Positions 32,860-44,800 of a DNA stretch of 64,000 nt are shown piece by piece. This stretch comes from Phoronis australis (taxonomy: Eukaryota; Animalia; Phoronida): NCBI GenBank assembly GCA_002633005.1, contig NMRA01000419.1, forward strand, positions 335,455 through 399,454. Reading direction: 5' to 3'. The notes beneath the pieces are model-generated. The model made no database searches and was not told where the DNA came from. It was given only the letters and a program-made list of their open reading frames with translations. Every line of letters begins with the position of its first letter. The stretch's first letter is position 1. The position numbers were made by a program, and so were the translations under genes.

Positions 32860-35800
32860 TCATAAATCTGCCAGGTCCAAGTCACTGTCCTCCGAGTCCC
32901 AGTCAGTAACACTGACCAATGAACTCTTAGCTGTGCCCTGAGTGGTGACAGGGTTGATACTACTTGCAGCTGAAAGTAATAATAACAACAACCATGAGCT
33001 ACACATTAAACATACTGTTAAATAAAGTCAATGTACCACAGCCAAAGGTATCTACACCACTTTCTACAAAGTGTAATAATTTAACGATGATTGTATTTGC
33101 ATGTGCAGTCAGATGACACTGCACACGAAGGGATGCAAATGAATTCTTGCCAACAGGTGTAAACTCCTACTAAGATGGTCTGTTTAAAGTTAAGCTGGAC
33201 CCTGGAAAAGTGGTCAAATTTGGCTAACTCCTCAACATCATATTTGGGTTTATATAAAACTTTAATAGGTCCCATCTTGCTTTATGTACTATTCTCCAAA
33301 ATAATTTCATTTGAAACATTCCACTTGTGCATGAGGGGTTATTAAAACAGGATTGTTGTGATTTTTATGGAAAAACTCAAAAGTTGCATACAACGAGAAT
33401 GAAACAAAAATTTAGAGAAATGCAACAACGTTCTTGAGATTTCAAATTGAAAATTTATATCAAAACAAAATTTGGTTAGACATGATGTTTTTACAGCTAT
33501 TTTGCTGTGAATCTCCTAGTTTCCCTTTTGCTAAATTTTTGTTGAAAAAAACGTGGTCACATGATCAAATTAGTGGGAGATTGGTATGTTTCCAAGGTGA
33601 AGGAATGGTTACTTAAGATTTTGTTCAATGACCTCAGCACAAATGACAAGTTTGCAAAGAACTCCAACAACCGTCATGGCACAACCTCTAGCAAAAGACA
33701 GCACATGACATTGGAGTACAGCAGCTGTGAACCAGCAATATTATCATGATGCTTGTGAACATTCTCAACTACGTGGATGAATGTGTCTTTGAATTTCTCC
33801 TGAATGTAGACAACAAGAGGGATCTGATCACTGTTTTTCTACATCAAAGCTGCACTTCGCCCTGTTTAGCTGGCTAAAATGAAACTTCGACATTGACAGC
33901 AAAACAGCAGTGAAATAGAGCTTTAAATTAATGAGTACTAAGTGTTGGACATCATAATACAATTATCATCACACAATATCACAGCAAGCAAGTCTTCATT
34001 ATCCAAGGAAAGCTGAATATTAGCCAAGGTTACAGGCACTTCAACTCATCAAGTCAGTTCCAAATGTACAACCTAGACCACACACACTCACGAGCATGAA
34101 GGATATGACACAGGAGAGGGACTAAGGAGGGCTCATGAACACCTGGGGGTTCTCTACCTGACAATTTGTTACTGCGCCAAGACATATGATACATCGGCAC
34201 TAGAAGTCAAAATGGACGTGTCTTTAATCACGGGTGACTAGATACGTACAGGTCACATAGATCTCTTCAAGTGATGTACAGTTCAGCATTGTGTCATGCA
34301 GCGGTTCGTATGCAGCACAATGAAGGCATGTCAAATGCACAGCATTAAGCTATCAAAGCGGTATTAAACCCATACTTTCTGTCATAATTTAGACCACTTA
34401 ACATTGATGAAGTCAGTCTCAAATTGGTCCTTAGTCAAAAGAACTGAAGGTTTGGTATTGCATGAGACCAAGCTTACACAACTTTACAAGTTTGGACTGA
34501 AGAAATAACAGACTGTCAGTTTTTCCTAAGCCCAGAGATCAACTGTGAGTAAAGAACAAGATAAGACAATTGTATATGGTAAGTGTATACATGTATGGTA
34601 AGTGTATACATGTATGGTAAGTGTATACATGTATGGTAAGTGTATACATGTATGGTAAGTGTATACATGTATGGTAAGTGTATACATGTATGGTAAGTGT
34701 ATACATGTATGGTAAGTGTTCCAAATCAAACTTTGTTTTGACAATGCATAAGTTTAATGTAGCTTTAACTGAGACAAAGTAAAATAGGAGACAGATGCAA
34801 CATACGAGAAAAAGAACATGCTAAGAACAAGATGACTGAAACTGAAAACAAACTTGTCAGGGCCCTCGCTCACACGTTATCAGGGAAAGGTGTTAGCCCA
34901 AGAGTCCTCGCTCACATCAGGGGAAGGTGCCTGTGTCTTCTGAGAGAGGAGTAATTTGATCGACAATGCTTAATGCTTGCACGGGTGATTCAAACCTCGG
35001 AGAGGGATATTTTTTAATCATGAGGCGGGAATTTTTGGGCCAGATGAGGGGTATTTCAGGTGGGACAGATATTCGGTCCAAAAATCGAAGCATTGAGGGC
35101 CCTGCTTGTAGTGAAAGATAAAGTGTTAGTCGAGTTTTACCTGAACCCAATGACCGATCAGATAAATCTTTCTTAACAGGAAGTGTGGATAAAGCTGTAA
35201 CAGAACATCATGGCTTGACCACAACCGGTCTATGATACACTAGCAAAAAAGGGAAAGGTCATGAAAATACACATGGCTGGTCACTGCTATAAGTAGGGCC
35301 CAACTTTAATTTCAGAGGAAATTTCACAGCAGACTGCCCATTTCTTTCAGTGATGTAAGGGAACCACTACTGTTTCTAATCAGCTGCTTAATCCAGAATG
35401 ATAAAATATCTGCTGAGCAACGTATGTGCAATAAACTAAATTATAACCAACAATTACAATTAACACTGTCTTCACATTGTGTGAAACCCTTGCAATGTTC
35501 ATCACTAACACCTACTCCAGTTACAGTGAAACAATTGGCACGTTCATGACTAAGACCCAACTCCAGTTACAATTCAAACGAGCAGTCTTGAATACTTCTG
35601 ACACAGGAAGCCAAAGTGAGCAACCAAGTGAACTCATGAGATGTGCACATGCAAAGGACTCAACAGGGAAGCTATCTAAAAAACAACGGTCTTCAACAAA
35701 AATCACATGGCACACACGATGCTATCTACTAAATTGTGCTAGACTACAAAGATTTCATGGTTAGAAACTAAGATATTCAGGTTCTGTTGTCCACACTAAA

Positions 35801-38800
35801 TCAGTTAAACTAAAGTTTTTTCTATAAAAATAATTAAAGTTTCAAAAATGCGTTCATTCAAACCTACCACGTCCCCTTTAGAGTTTACATTTGAGAGAAG
35901 ACATTGTGTTATGTGTAATTATAAAGTAAAACTAAGCTAGACAGGGTTACATTTGGGTTCTGCCACCTTGTAAGAACAGAATTAAGACTATCATTAACAA
36001 GAAATATTCAGGAACAAAATGTTTGATATTGTTATGTCATAATATTTAAACATTAAATCCACATTACACACTCTTTGACGACGTTACCTCACAACGTACC
36101 TTAAGTTTAGTTAAAACACAAAAAGAAAACATGCTGGTGGACTATGTTGCACCATCTCCACTTGACTGCCACAAGCCTCAATACTCATCCATGCTGTCAG
36201 TAACACTGAGTGTTAGCCATAGTAACTAATAGACGACTTGTTTATGAACACTGCATAATCATGAACAGCAAATTATTGCAGTTTCCATTCCTTTGGAAAT
36301 GGTGGATTAAATAACATCTTGCTGAAATTAATGTTGGTTAAACATTTAAATAACAGATGATGACTAACAGAAGCAATTATACTTGATTCAGTGACCTGTC
36401 TGCCTACCTTTGGACGATGACCCTCCCCACACACTGGTTCCATATGTGTTAGTTGACTCTATCGTGTTGTGTTTGGTACTGAAAACATACATTTTGATAT
36501 AACATTCCAACTTACCATAGTATAGAATTATAAGATGTCTTCATACATGCCATATGATAGTCACATCACATGACCTATATTAATTTAAGCCTGAAAAGAT
36601 GCCAACAATACAGTTATCCAAGTTTGGGTAAGATGCCTTCTCTTAAGTTTGTTTCCATACCTGTAATTGATCGGTGGTGTCCATAGCTCAGTGGACTACA
36701 GCGTCAACACAGTAAGCAGAAAATCAGAGCAAAGATCTTTTCAGATTTAACTCTAGGTCACATATGACCAAAGTACGGCATGTATAAAGACTAATAAATC
36801 TTACATGATATCAACACATTGACTTATAACAACACAAAATGCAACAAGAGCAACACATAGCGTTGAAATGCGCCCACGAATGCACTGCAAACAGTGTGCT
36901 TCTAGGGCTGTTTATATGTTTCATAAAAATGGCCACTAGATGGCACAAAAAGGTCTAATCCATCTGAAAACGGGGACATGCAATTGCTTTAATCTTTAAT
37001 TGAAAGCTATTTACCAAATTTCACAAAAATCTGACAAGGATCTTCAGAAAAACGAAGGAAAACAGAAAAAATGAGATTGCCACAATGGGGCACAGCATTC
37101 GTTGGATCCGCCTGAAAGACGACGTCGCCTGTTGTTAGCTTCATATAAATACAATTACATCCTGCAATGGGTTTAGAAGATGCAGCTACGGGCGCAAAAC
37201 AAAACAAAACTACCACTAGGAGGTGCCACATTAGTCAAAGTCATCATCGTCAACCGTCCTCTTCACACTGAGAACATATACGCCAATTTTCAAAATCAGT
37301 CTTAGAATGGTTTGATTGATCAAGGGATGAACGTCAAAAAACTCGAAAACAGCAAAAATGTCCAAGCATTATCTGAAAGACTGTATTTCAGTGATTGGCT
37401 GAAGCTGGAGTAGTGACCCATTACATTGGTCCATCAGTTGTGAGTCGCAGCAAGTTAGAGCCTCTGTTTGAGTTCTAGCTGTTGGCTAGAGAGACCAGTA
37501 GAAAAGCCTACAACGCGTTTGAATGCGACTACAGGATTTGCTTTCGAGACATAGTATTGATATAAACAAAGAAAAATCAGGAGCCCCAACTGGGAATCGA
37601 ACCACAGATCTCTAGACTGCCGTTATAGTGCTCTTACCACTGAGCTACTGAGGACCTGCTACCTGTGTAATTACTGTTTAAAGCCAACTATTATGTCATT
37701 CATCCCATGAGCAGCATTTTGCCTTTTTCACACGAGATTTCGACAATTATATACAATCAGCAATTTATGAGTATGCGTAATTGCTGATTGTTTATAATTG
37801 TCCAAGTCTAATGTGAAAAAGGCGAAATGCCATTCACGATGTGTATGACATAACAGTTGGCTTTAAACAGTAATTGCACAGATATCGTGTCCTCAGTAGC
37901 TCAGTGGTGAGAGCAGTAGAACGGCAATCTACAGAACTGTGGTTCGATTCCCAGTTGGGGCTCCTGATTTTTCTGTGTTTATTTGATATATTTCTCTACT
38001 GGCCAATCTCAGTGTCTAAATATAAATATAGTCTAGCTGTGTACAATGTGAATATAATCTAGACTGGATTTATAAAGTGTAAATAAATTGTGCCACTGAA
38101 GTACTTCTCGACTCCAGTTACCAGCAACAGAAAGTATTTTTAATAATGGCACGTGTGAGTAGCCTCTCAATATAAAACAACTCAAGTGTAGTTTTGATAA
38201 ATTGAACATAGTCATACATACCCAGTAGCTGGTTTGACCCCTTCCTCGGATGTCAGTGAAAAGTCACTCCCATCGTCCTCAGCTCCATCACCCAACATCT
38301 GCAAAATTAATTTGGAATGACATGAAAACAAATTGGTGAAACAAGATGAACACAAGCAATTTGACACAAGTAACTCAAGTCTGGCATAAGCAGTGCTAGC
38401 CACAGGCCTCGCTAAATAAGATGGTTTAATGGAAACCTTGAAAATACCTGAACCTCCATGGTTTCAGTATTTTTTAAGATGATAAGTCAATAGAAAGGCT
38501 GAAATGATGCCATAAGGAACAAACTAACATTCATTGCTTTAAAGTATGATCACTTTGGCAGAGTCTTCTTTCCCGTATTCCACTAGGCCTACTAAAAAGA
38601 TCCTAGAAAATGTAATCATTGGGTAATGTCTTCCACTGGAAGTTGTCATTACCATCAAGACTGATAGTACAGCGGTAGATGTAGCAACACTAATGAGACA
38701 TCAGATGACACAAAGCACAATGGATCTATTAAATGTACTTGACTCATGACAAATCTAACAAATGAATTCACAACAGAAAAAATTCTAGACTGATGCCGCT

Positions 38801-41800
38801 CACTGGTAGCCAGTATGCTCACATTCAATACAACCAGGATAGCCCAGAAACCATTACATAAGACAGTCCTGGCTAACCATAACTAAGACAGTCCTGACTA
38901 ACCATAACTAAGACAGTCCTGGCTGACCATTAGATTAAGATAGCCCAGTAACCATTAAATAAGACAGTCCTGGCTAACCATAACTAAGACAGTCCTGACT
39001 AACCATAACTAAGACAGTCCTGGCTAACCATCAGATTAGATAGCCCAGTAACCATTACATAAGACAGTCCTGGCTAACCATTACATAAGACAGTCCTAGC
39101 TAACCATTACATAAGACAGTTGTAGCTAACCTTGATTTCAGGTGTGGCTGGACTAGCACCTTCACGTGCAGAGTCAGGAGGAGCCAGGTCAACACTTCCT
39201 GCAGGCTTCTTATCCAGTTTACGACCCTGGGAATAAAGGGAGTCGTCAATACAAATGACAGATGCAGACATTGAAACAGTGTTTGTCAAAAAGCAGTATG
39301 GTACAATAGTTATTTTTGAAATGAGCCGGGCCTAAAGTAGATGATAATAGAGTTTTTGCTAGGCAAATTTTCGGCGCCAACTGCAGTTCACAAGTGTAAC
39401 CCATGAAAAACTGTTAGTACAGTTTTCAGCATTTTTGCTCTTTTTGTAATTACGGTGTCAAAACCACTCATAACAAGCAATTAGAGTCAACGTCATAGAA
39501 CTAATTCACGCCGACAGGAGGCGCGTTCTAAAACGAGGCTTGCTACGATAGCATTGTTGGCTTATCGGCATAGTTGTATTCCGCGTTGCTCGAACGGCTA
39601 GAAAAAATACGGACACTAAACTGTCTGTTTAACAATCCTTAAGGACGTTGAGATTCGGAAGCTTTGCGTCGTTGCCATACACCGCGACGAAGGAAAATAT
39701 GTACGTGTAAAATCTATATTATATGTTTTCAAAAAGTTAGATTATATTTTGTTGCATCTCGGTTGCCAAGCATCATAGCAATGACTGCACAATCTTTGGT
39801 CAGCCAGGTTGTGTTTTCATGACTACGGGTTGAAACGTGATGCATTTTTTTTTCCAAAAAAAGGCAGGGCACTCAATACCCCAATACTCTGCCCCATTCC
39901 CCCTAAAAAATATTGAAAAATAACGCGATATTCCCCCCAAGAGGCCTAAAAATTCTCCTAGTGATTGAAAATTTCTCTCTGAAGTTCAAATCACCTGTAA
40001 CCTCACAGGTGACAATTTGAAAGAGCACAAAATGCTACTTGAAACAGAGCCTATGAGAGCTTGCAACAGGGCGGGGTGCTACTGATGGTGATCGAGAGGT
40101 AGATTTTTTCCTCACTCGGCGAAAAATTCCCCTCTCAGAAGGCACCTTTCCCCTCGGATAAACGAGGCCCCTGAGGAAACATGATAACTAATACGCTTGC
40201 TCTGTCCAGTTAACTGAAATTGAGCTCTAAAACGAGGTTATGCTTTGGATGACCGAATAAGGTGTTTTAATTTTAAAATTTCACTTGGTCCGGATTGATA
40301 TTTGAATTAAACCTAACACATGAAATAGATGTAAAAATTATTGAAAACCAATAAAGCTGAATTGATGGTCAAATAATTTTTATTTTCAATTACGAGCCTA
40401 GTTTTTATTTTAATAAAAATATATTTAACAACATCATTAATTATTATTCTTTCAGATCAACTGTTAGTCCCACTATGTTTGATGTTAATATTCTTGATCA
40501 ACAAATTAAACCAGATGTGACTAATTGCACGTGACAGCAAAATGCGATGAGCCACCACTGTCGAATATATCTTCAACTGGCCAACAATACGAGCAGATGA
40601 CCTGGTTCATGTAGAAAGCGTTTTTATCAATAATTTACAAGAAGAAACGTAATCCTGCATTCAATCCATGACACTATCGCCACAATTTAATTAGTCATTT
40701 TCACTTTTCATGCATCGAACCTTGTTTTACGGAAAAAAAATTACACTTTTTCGTCAGACAACTTTTTGGTGCATTGACATGTACCCTAAATTGTATTTTT
40801 CTACGTCTCTGTGGTTAATTATTGACACATTTTTAAGATTTAATATCCATGTTGGACTCAAAAGACTGGCCATTTAACTCACGCAATGTCAACTTCAGCG
40901 TTGCTTATCGTAGAGAGCCTCGCTTTGGATTTTAATGTCCGCCGCATGAATTAGGTCTATAAAACCTCCACAAAATAAATCAATTTCATTTTTTTCAAAT
41001 CAGCCTGCCTAGCACAACAAAATGTAAGAGCAAATCAAGACAAAAATTATCTTCATCCTCTTACAACATTAAAAGGCTCTATCTCATAAAATTAAGCAAC
41101 TAATTAATTCATAAACTAACATATTCATTACAATTAACCAATTGTGATAGAGCATAAAGCTAACAAGAAACATTCGCTTACTGTCAGCTGCATCTCAATA
41201 GACTTTGTCAGTTCTGATACCATGGCTCCCTTTGGTTTAGGGGTAGAGTAGGGCCTAGCTTGACGGCCAGCAGCAGTCTTACTGGGGCTTATCTCGTCCA
41301 GTTCACTGTCATAAAATAAAAAGAAATGATAAAGATAATGACGAAGGAGAGAACTATTGAGCTCAGGTCAAGCCACAGATCTAGATCATGAGCAGAAGAG
41401 GGGTCTTATGGTAGCAGGATATTGGGGGGGGGGGCACTTCACATCTCCTCCATCACAAATGTACAATACAAAAGAGGGTATCTTACGGTAGCAAGAGATG
41501 GGGGGGGGCACTTCACATCTCTTCCATGAGATAGGGGGCACATCACATCTCCTCCAAAACAACAATACAACAGAGGTCGCGCAGGGGTGTGGAACTCCAT
41601 TTAATATGTGCCTGCAGTCGTCAAATATAACAGAATACAAAGAGATATTTCCACTTATAGGTGTGTCACTGTTTCTTAATTAACACTTGTAAAAGTGGTT
41701 AATGCATACACATTCTGATAAGTAACAACATTCTTGTCGTCATCATTTAATTGTTAAAAACTCTAATCTTGAATTCAATTGCCTCAAAAAGGAAATAGAA

Positions 41801-44800
41801 GATAAAAGATTTCCATGATAATGTTAAACTGCAATGGACATGAGTAAGTGCCAATGCCAGATAACTGTTAGTGGCTACATGCAGTACAACCACTCTGCAT
41901 TGTGGTTAATTTACACAATGTCAGGCACTGCCTACAGGGTGCACTGCTTACTGGGAATCAAATTGACAACTAATCAGTTGGCATGTCTGTTTTGACAGAT
42001 GTTGTTAATAAGCACTTAATTACAATGTACAACAACCACAAACAACAGCTGAAACAAAACAATGAACAACTTATCAGAAAGACTGTTCACCTAACACCCG
42101 AATAGTCCCAAATATCTCTCATCTCTTCATCCTCCTCAAATATCATGTCACTGTAAGTGGATAATAAAAGACACAAAGCAGGGGACAACAGGGGGCAGTG
42201 TGTCAAGAAACACAGTTTGAAATATTATTAATTGTTGTTGAGAGTGATATGTCATTGCACTTTTAGTTGATCTTGTGTCACTCAGTAGTCACGTTTAACC
42301 ACAATACAGTAATTGATTGTACCAGTCACCTCATTTATACACAAGTGCTAGGAAACCTATATTACCTGGGGACACAGGAGCTCCATGACTGTTTGTATCT
42401 ATACCCAATATTTTGTTAGCCAAGATTGCCCAAACCCTTTGAATACCTGTGACTGCATTACACAGGACGACTCTTAACATCAAACAGTTTGATACCTGAA
42501 GTCACCTATGTAGTCCCCAACAGTGTCCTGGATAGTTGGTATCACACACGAGTTAACGATACTCTCACTCGACCGCTTCTTACACAGTACTGGCATGTCC
42601 TCAGTGATAACTACTTTGTGTTGAGGTGGTTTAGAACACAATTTGGATTGGGTATTGCGTAAGAGAGGAGAGATGAACACAGACGGGTCATGTGACCTAT
42701 GTAAACAGTATAGGTGTGTCTTTGATACATGGTGTTTTCATCTTTTAATGACAGTGTTAATTACACATGGAATGTCAATCTCAGAGATAATGTGCTCATT
42801 TAAATCAACTGTTCCATTTATGCAAACAATAAAACAAGCCGCCTTTTTTGCAACACATTTGAATCGATGTTCAAAGGAAAGCAGCATAACACAACATGAA
42901 TCAAGCAGAAATGAAAGAATTGCCTAAACATTGTTATGACCTGCTGTTTGGTAATGACTGGCAAGCTGGCTGTGTACCATCCTTAGGGACACATACTCCA
43001 CTAACAGGTTGGCGGCATTTGGCAACTGTCTCCACTGGTGCCACCTTCAGGGCATTTTGAGAGCTAGAACTGAGGTATAAACAGGGAGGTTTTTGGATAA
43101 TGTATATTACCCCAACAGAGATTGAGTGCATGACTTACATTAAAAAGGAAAGAGAAAGAATCCCACAAACAAAAGTTATATATGAAAAATACACTATTTT
43201 GGATGTAGGCGCATGGCCCTTTTGTAATATACATACCTTAAATATTTATTCAATACACTCATTCCAATAACCCTTTGGTGAGGATAACACAGCATCAGTC
43301 ACACAGACGGAGACTGCCGCAATAAACTCACCTAATGTCCTCAGAGTCCCAGTCATCCCCATCCTCGTCATTTTCCTCCGTCTGCGCCTGAGCTTTCGGT
43401 ATGTCTGCTTTCTCTCCCACGCCCACGTCTGTTCCAGCAGAGTCCGACTCGCCAAATGAGAGTTCCTCCGACTCCCACTGACTGCTAGTGCTACAGAGAT
43501 AATGTTCATCAATATGACTAGAGTCTGAAGAAATGACTGCAGTATAACTACATGGCTTTGAATGACCAATGACAAAACAGAGGAAAATTTTCTGGGTGAT
43601 ATATATTCTACCACAAATAAATAGGCTTGTCTGATAGAAATATTTTTTCTATTGTAAAGTTTAACCGAAATAAACATTCCTTCATGAATAAAGCCAAAAT
43701 AACGATAAAAAAGAGACAAGAGTGGGGAAATTGGATATCAAATAACAGAACATTGAAATCAAAATGGGAGGAAATCCTCTTAAAAGAGGAAAATTGCAAG
43801 CAGTGTAACTGAGTAATCGGCATTCTAACAAACCAATAAAATAGTAATTGTTAATGTTTCAGGGCAATACTGGAAGCTAAAATCCTCAGAGTAATTTTCG
43901 AGCTCTAACCATCACTATGTTTGAACAAGTTTAACAAAATTCAATAATATTATCTTGCAATGCATTCTGTTTTGATGTTCAAAAACACCCTTCTCCACAC
44001 AAAAAATCATCTGGATAAATCCAGTTGTGAATTCATTGATATCTCAATAAAACAGCCTAACTGCTGTTTGACATCTAAAACACTAATCCACAAAGGCTGC
44101 CAGCAGTCTCACCCAACAATAAACCTTCAGTTTTGCCAGGCCATATATCATATTTAATCCACGTAATGAACATGATGCCAACAAATTGCAGCATTAACAA
44201 CCAAAAAGTTTTAGATATAAAAAATCCAAAATATGGCACTGGGGCATCAATAATACCAAAAACATTCTAAACAAGTCTACATAATACGTACGCTGTAGAG
44301 GAGAAGGTTTGCGATAATCCTGGGTTCTTGGAAGGACTGTGAGGTCTTTGTGCCACTGCAGGTNACTGACTGCTAGTGCTACAGAGATAATGTTCATCAA
44401 TATGACTAGAGTCTGAAGAAATGACTGCAGTATAACTACACGGCTTTATATGACCAATGACAAAACAGAAGAAAATTTTCTGGGTGATGTATATTCTTCC
44501 ACAAATAAATAGGCTCGTCTGATAGAAATATTTTTTCTGTTGTAAAGTTTAACTGAAATAAACATTCTTTCATAAATAAAGCCAAAATAACGATAAAAAA
44601 GAGACAAGAGCGGGGAAATATCAAATAACAGAAAATTTAAATCAAAACGGGAGGAAATCCTCTTAAAAGAGGAAAATTGCAAGCAGTGTAACTGAGTCAT
44701 CGGCATTCTAACAAACCAACAAAATAGTAATTGTTAATGTTTAAGGGCAACACAGGAAGCTAAAATCCTCAGAGTAATTTTCAAGCTCTAACCATCACTA

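Larger units (their letters stand above)
37562..37982. mobile_element. ~420-bp foldback (palindromic) element with two divergent tRNA-like arms
   Basis: Arms are symmetric about 37772 with a ~13-nt loop, for example CTGTGTAATTACTGTTTAAAGCCAACT vs AGTTGGCTTTAAACAGTAATTGCACAG. Confidence 0.85.

Noticed and set aside
34574-34719. Array of GTAAGT donor sites
   Set aside because: The motif is on +, whereas the host gene DZIP1 is on -, and no + strand exon is evident.
37889-37964. Functional tRNA gene
   Set aside because: The anticodon loop ACGGCAA lacks U33, the T-stem is imperfect and the two arms differ, so it is treated as tRNA-derived.
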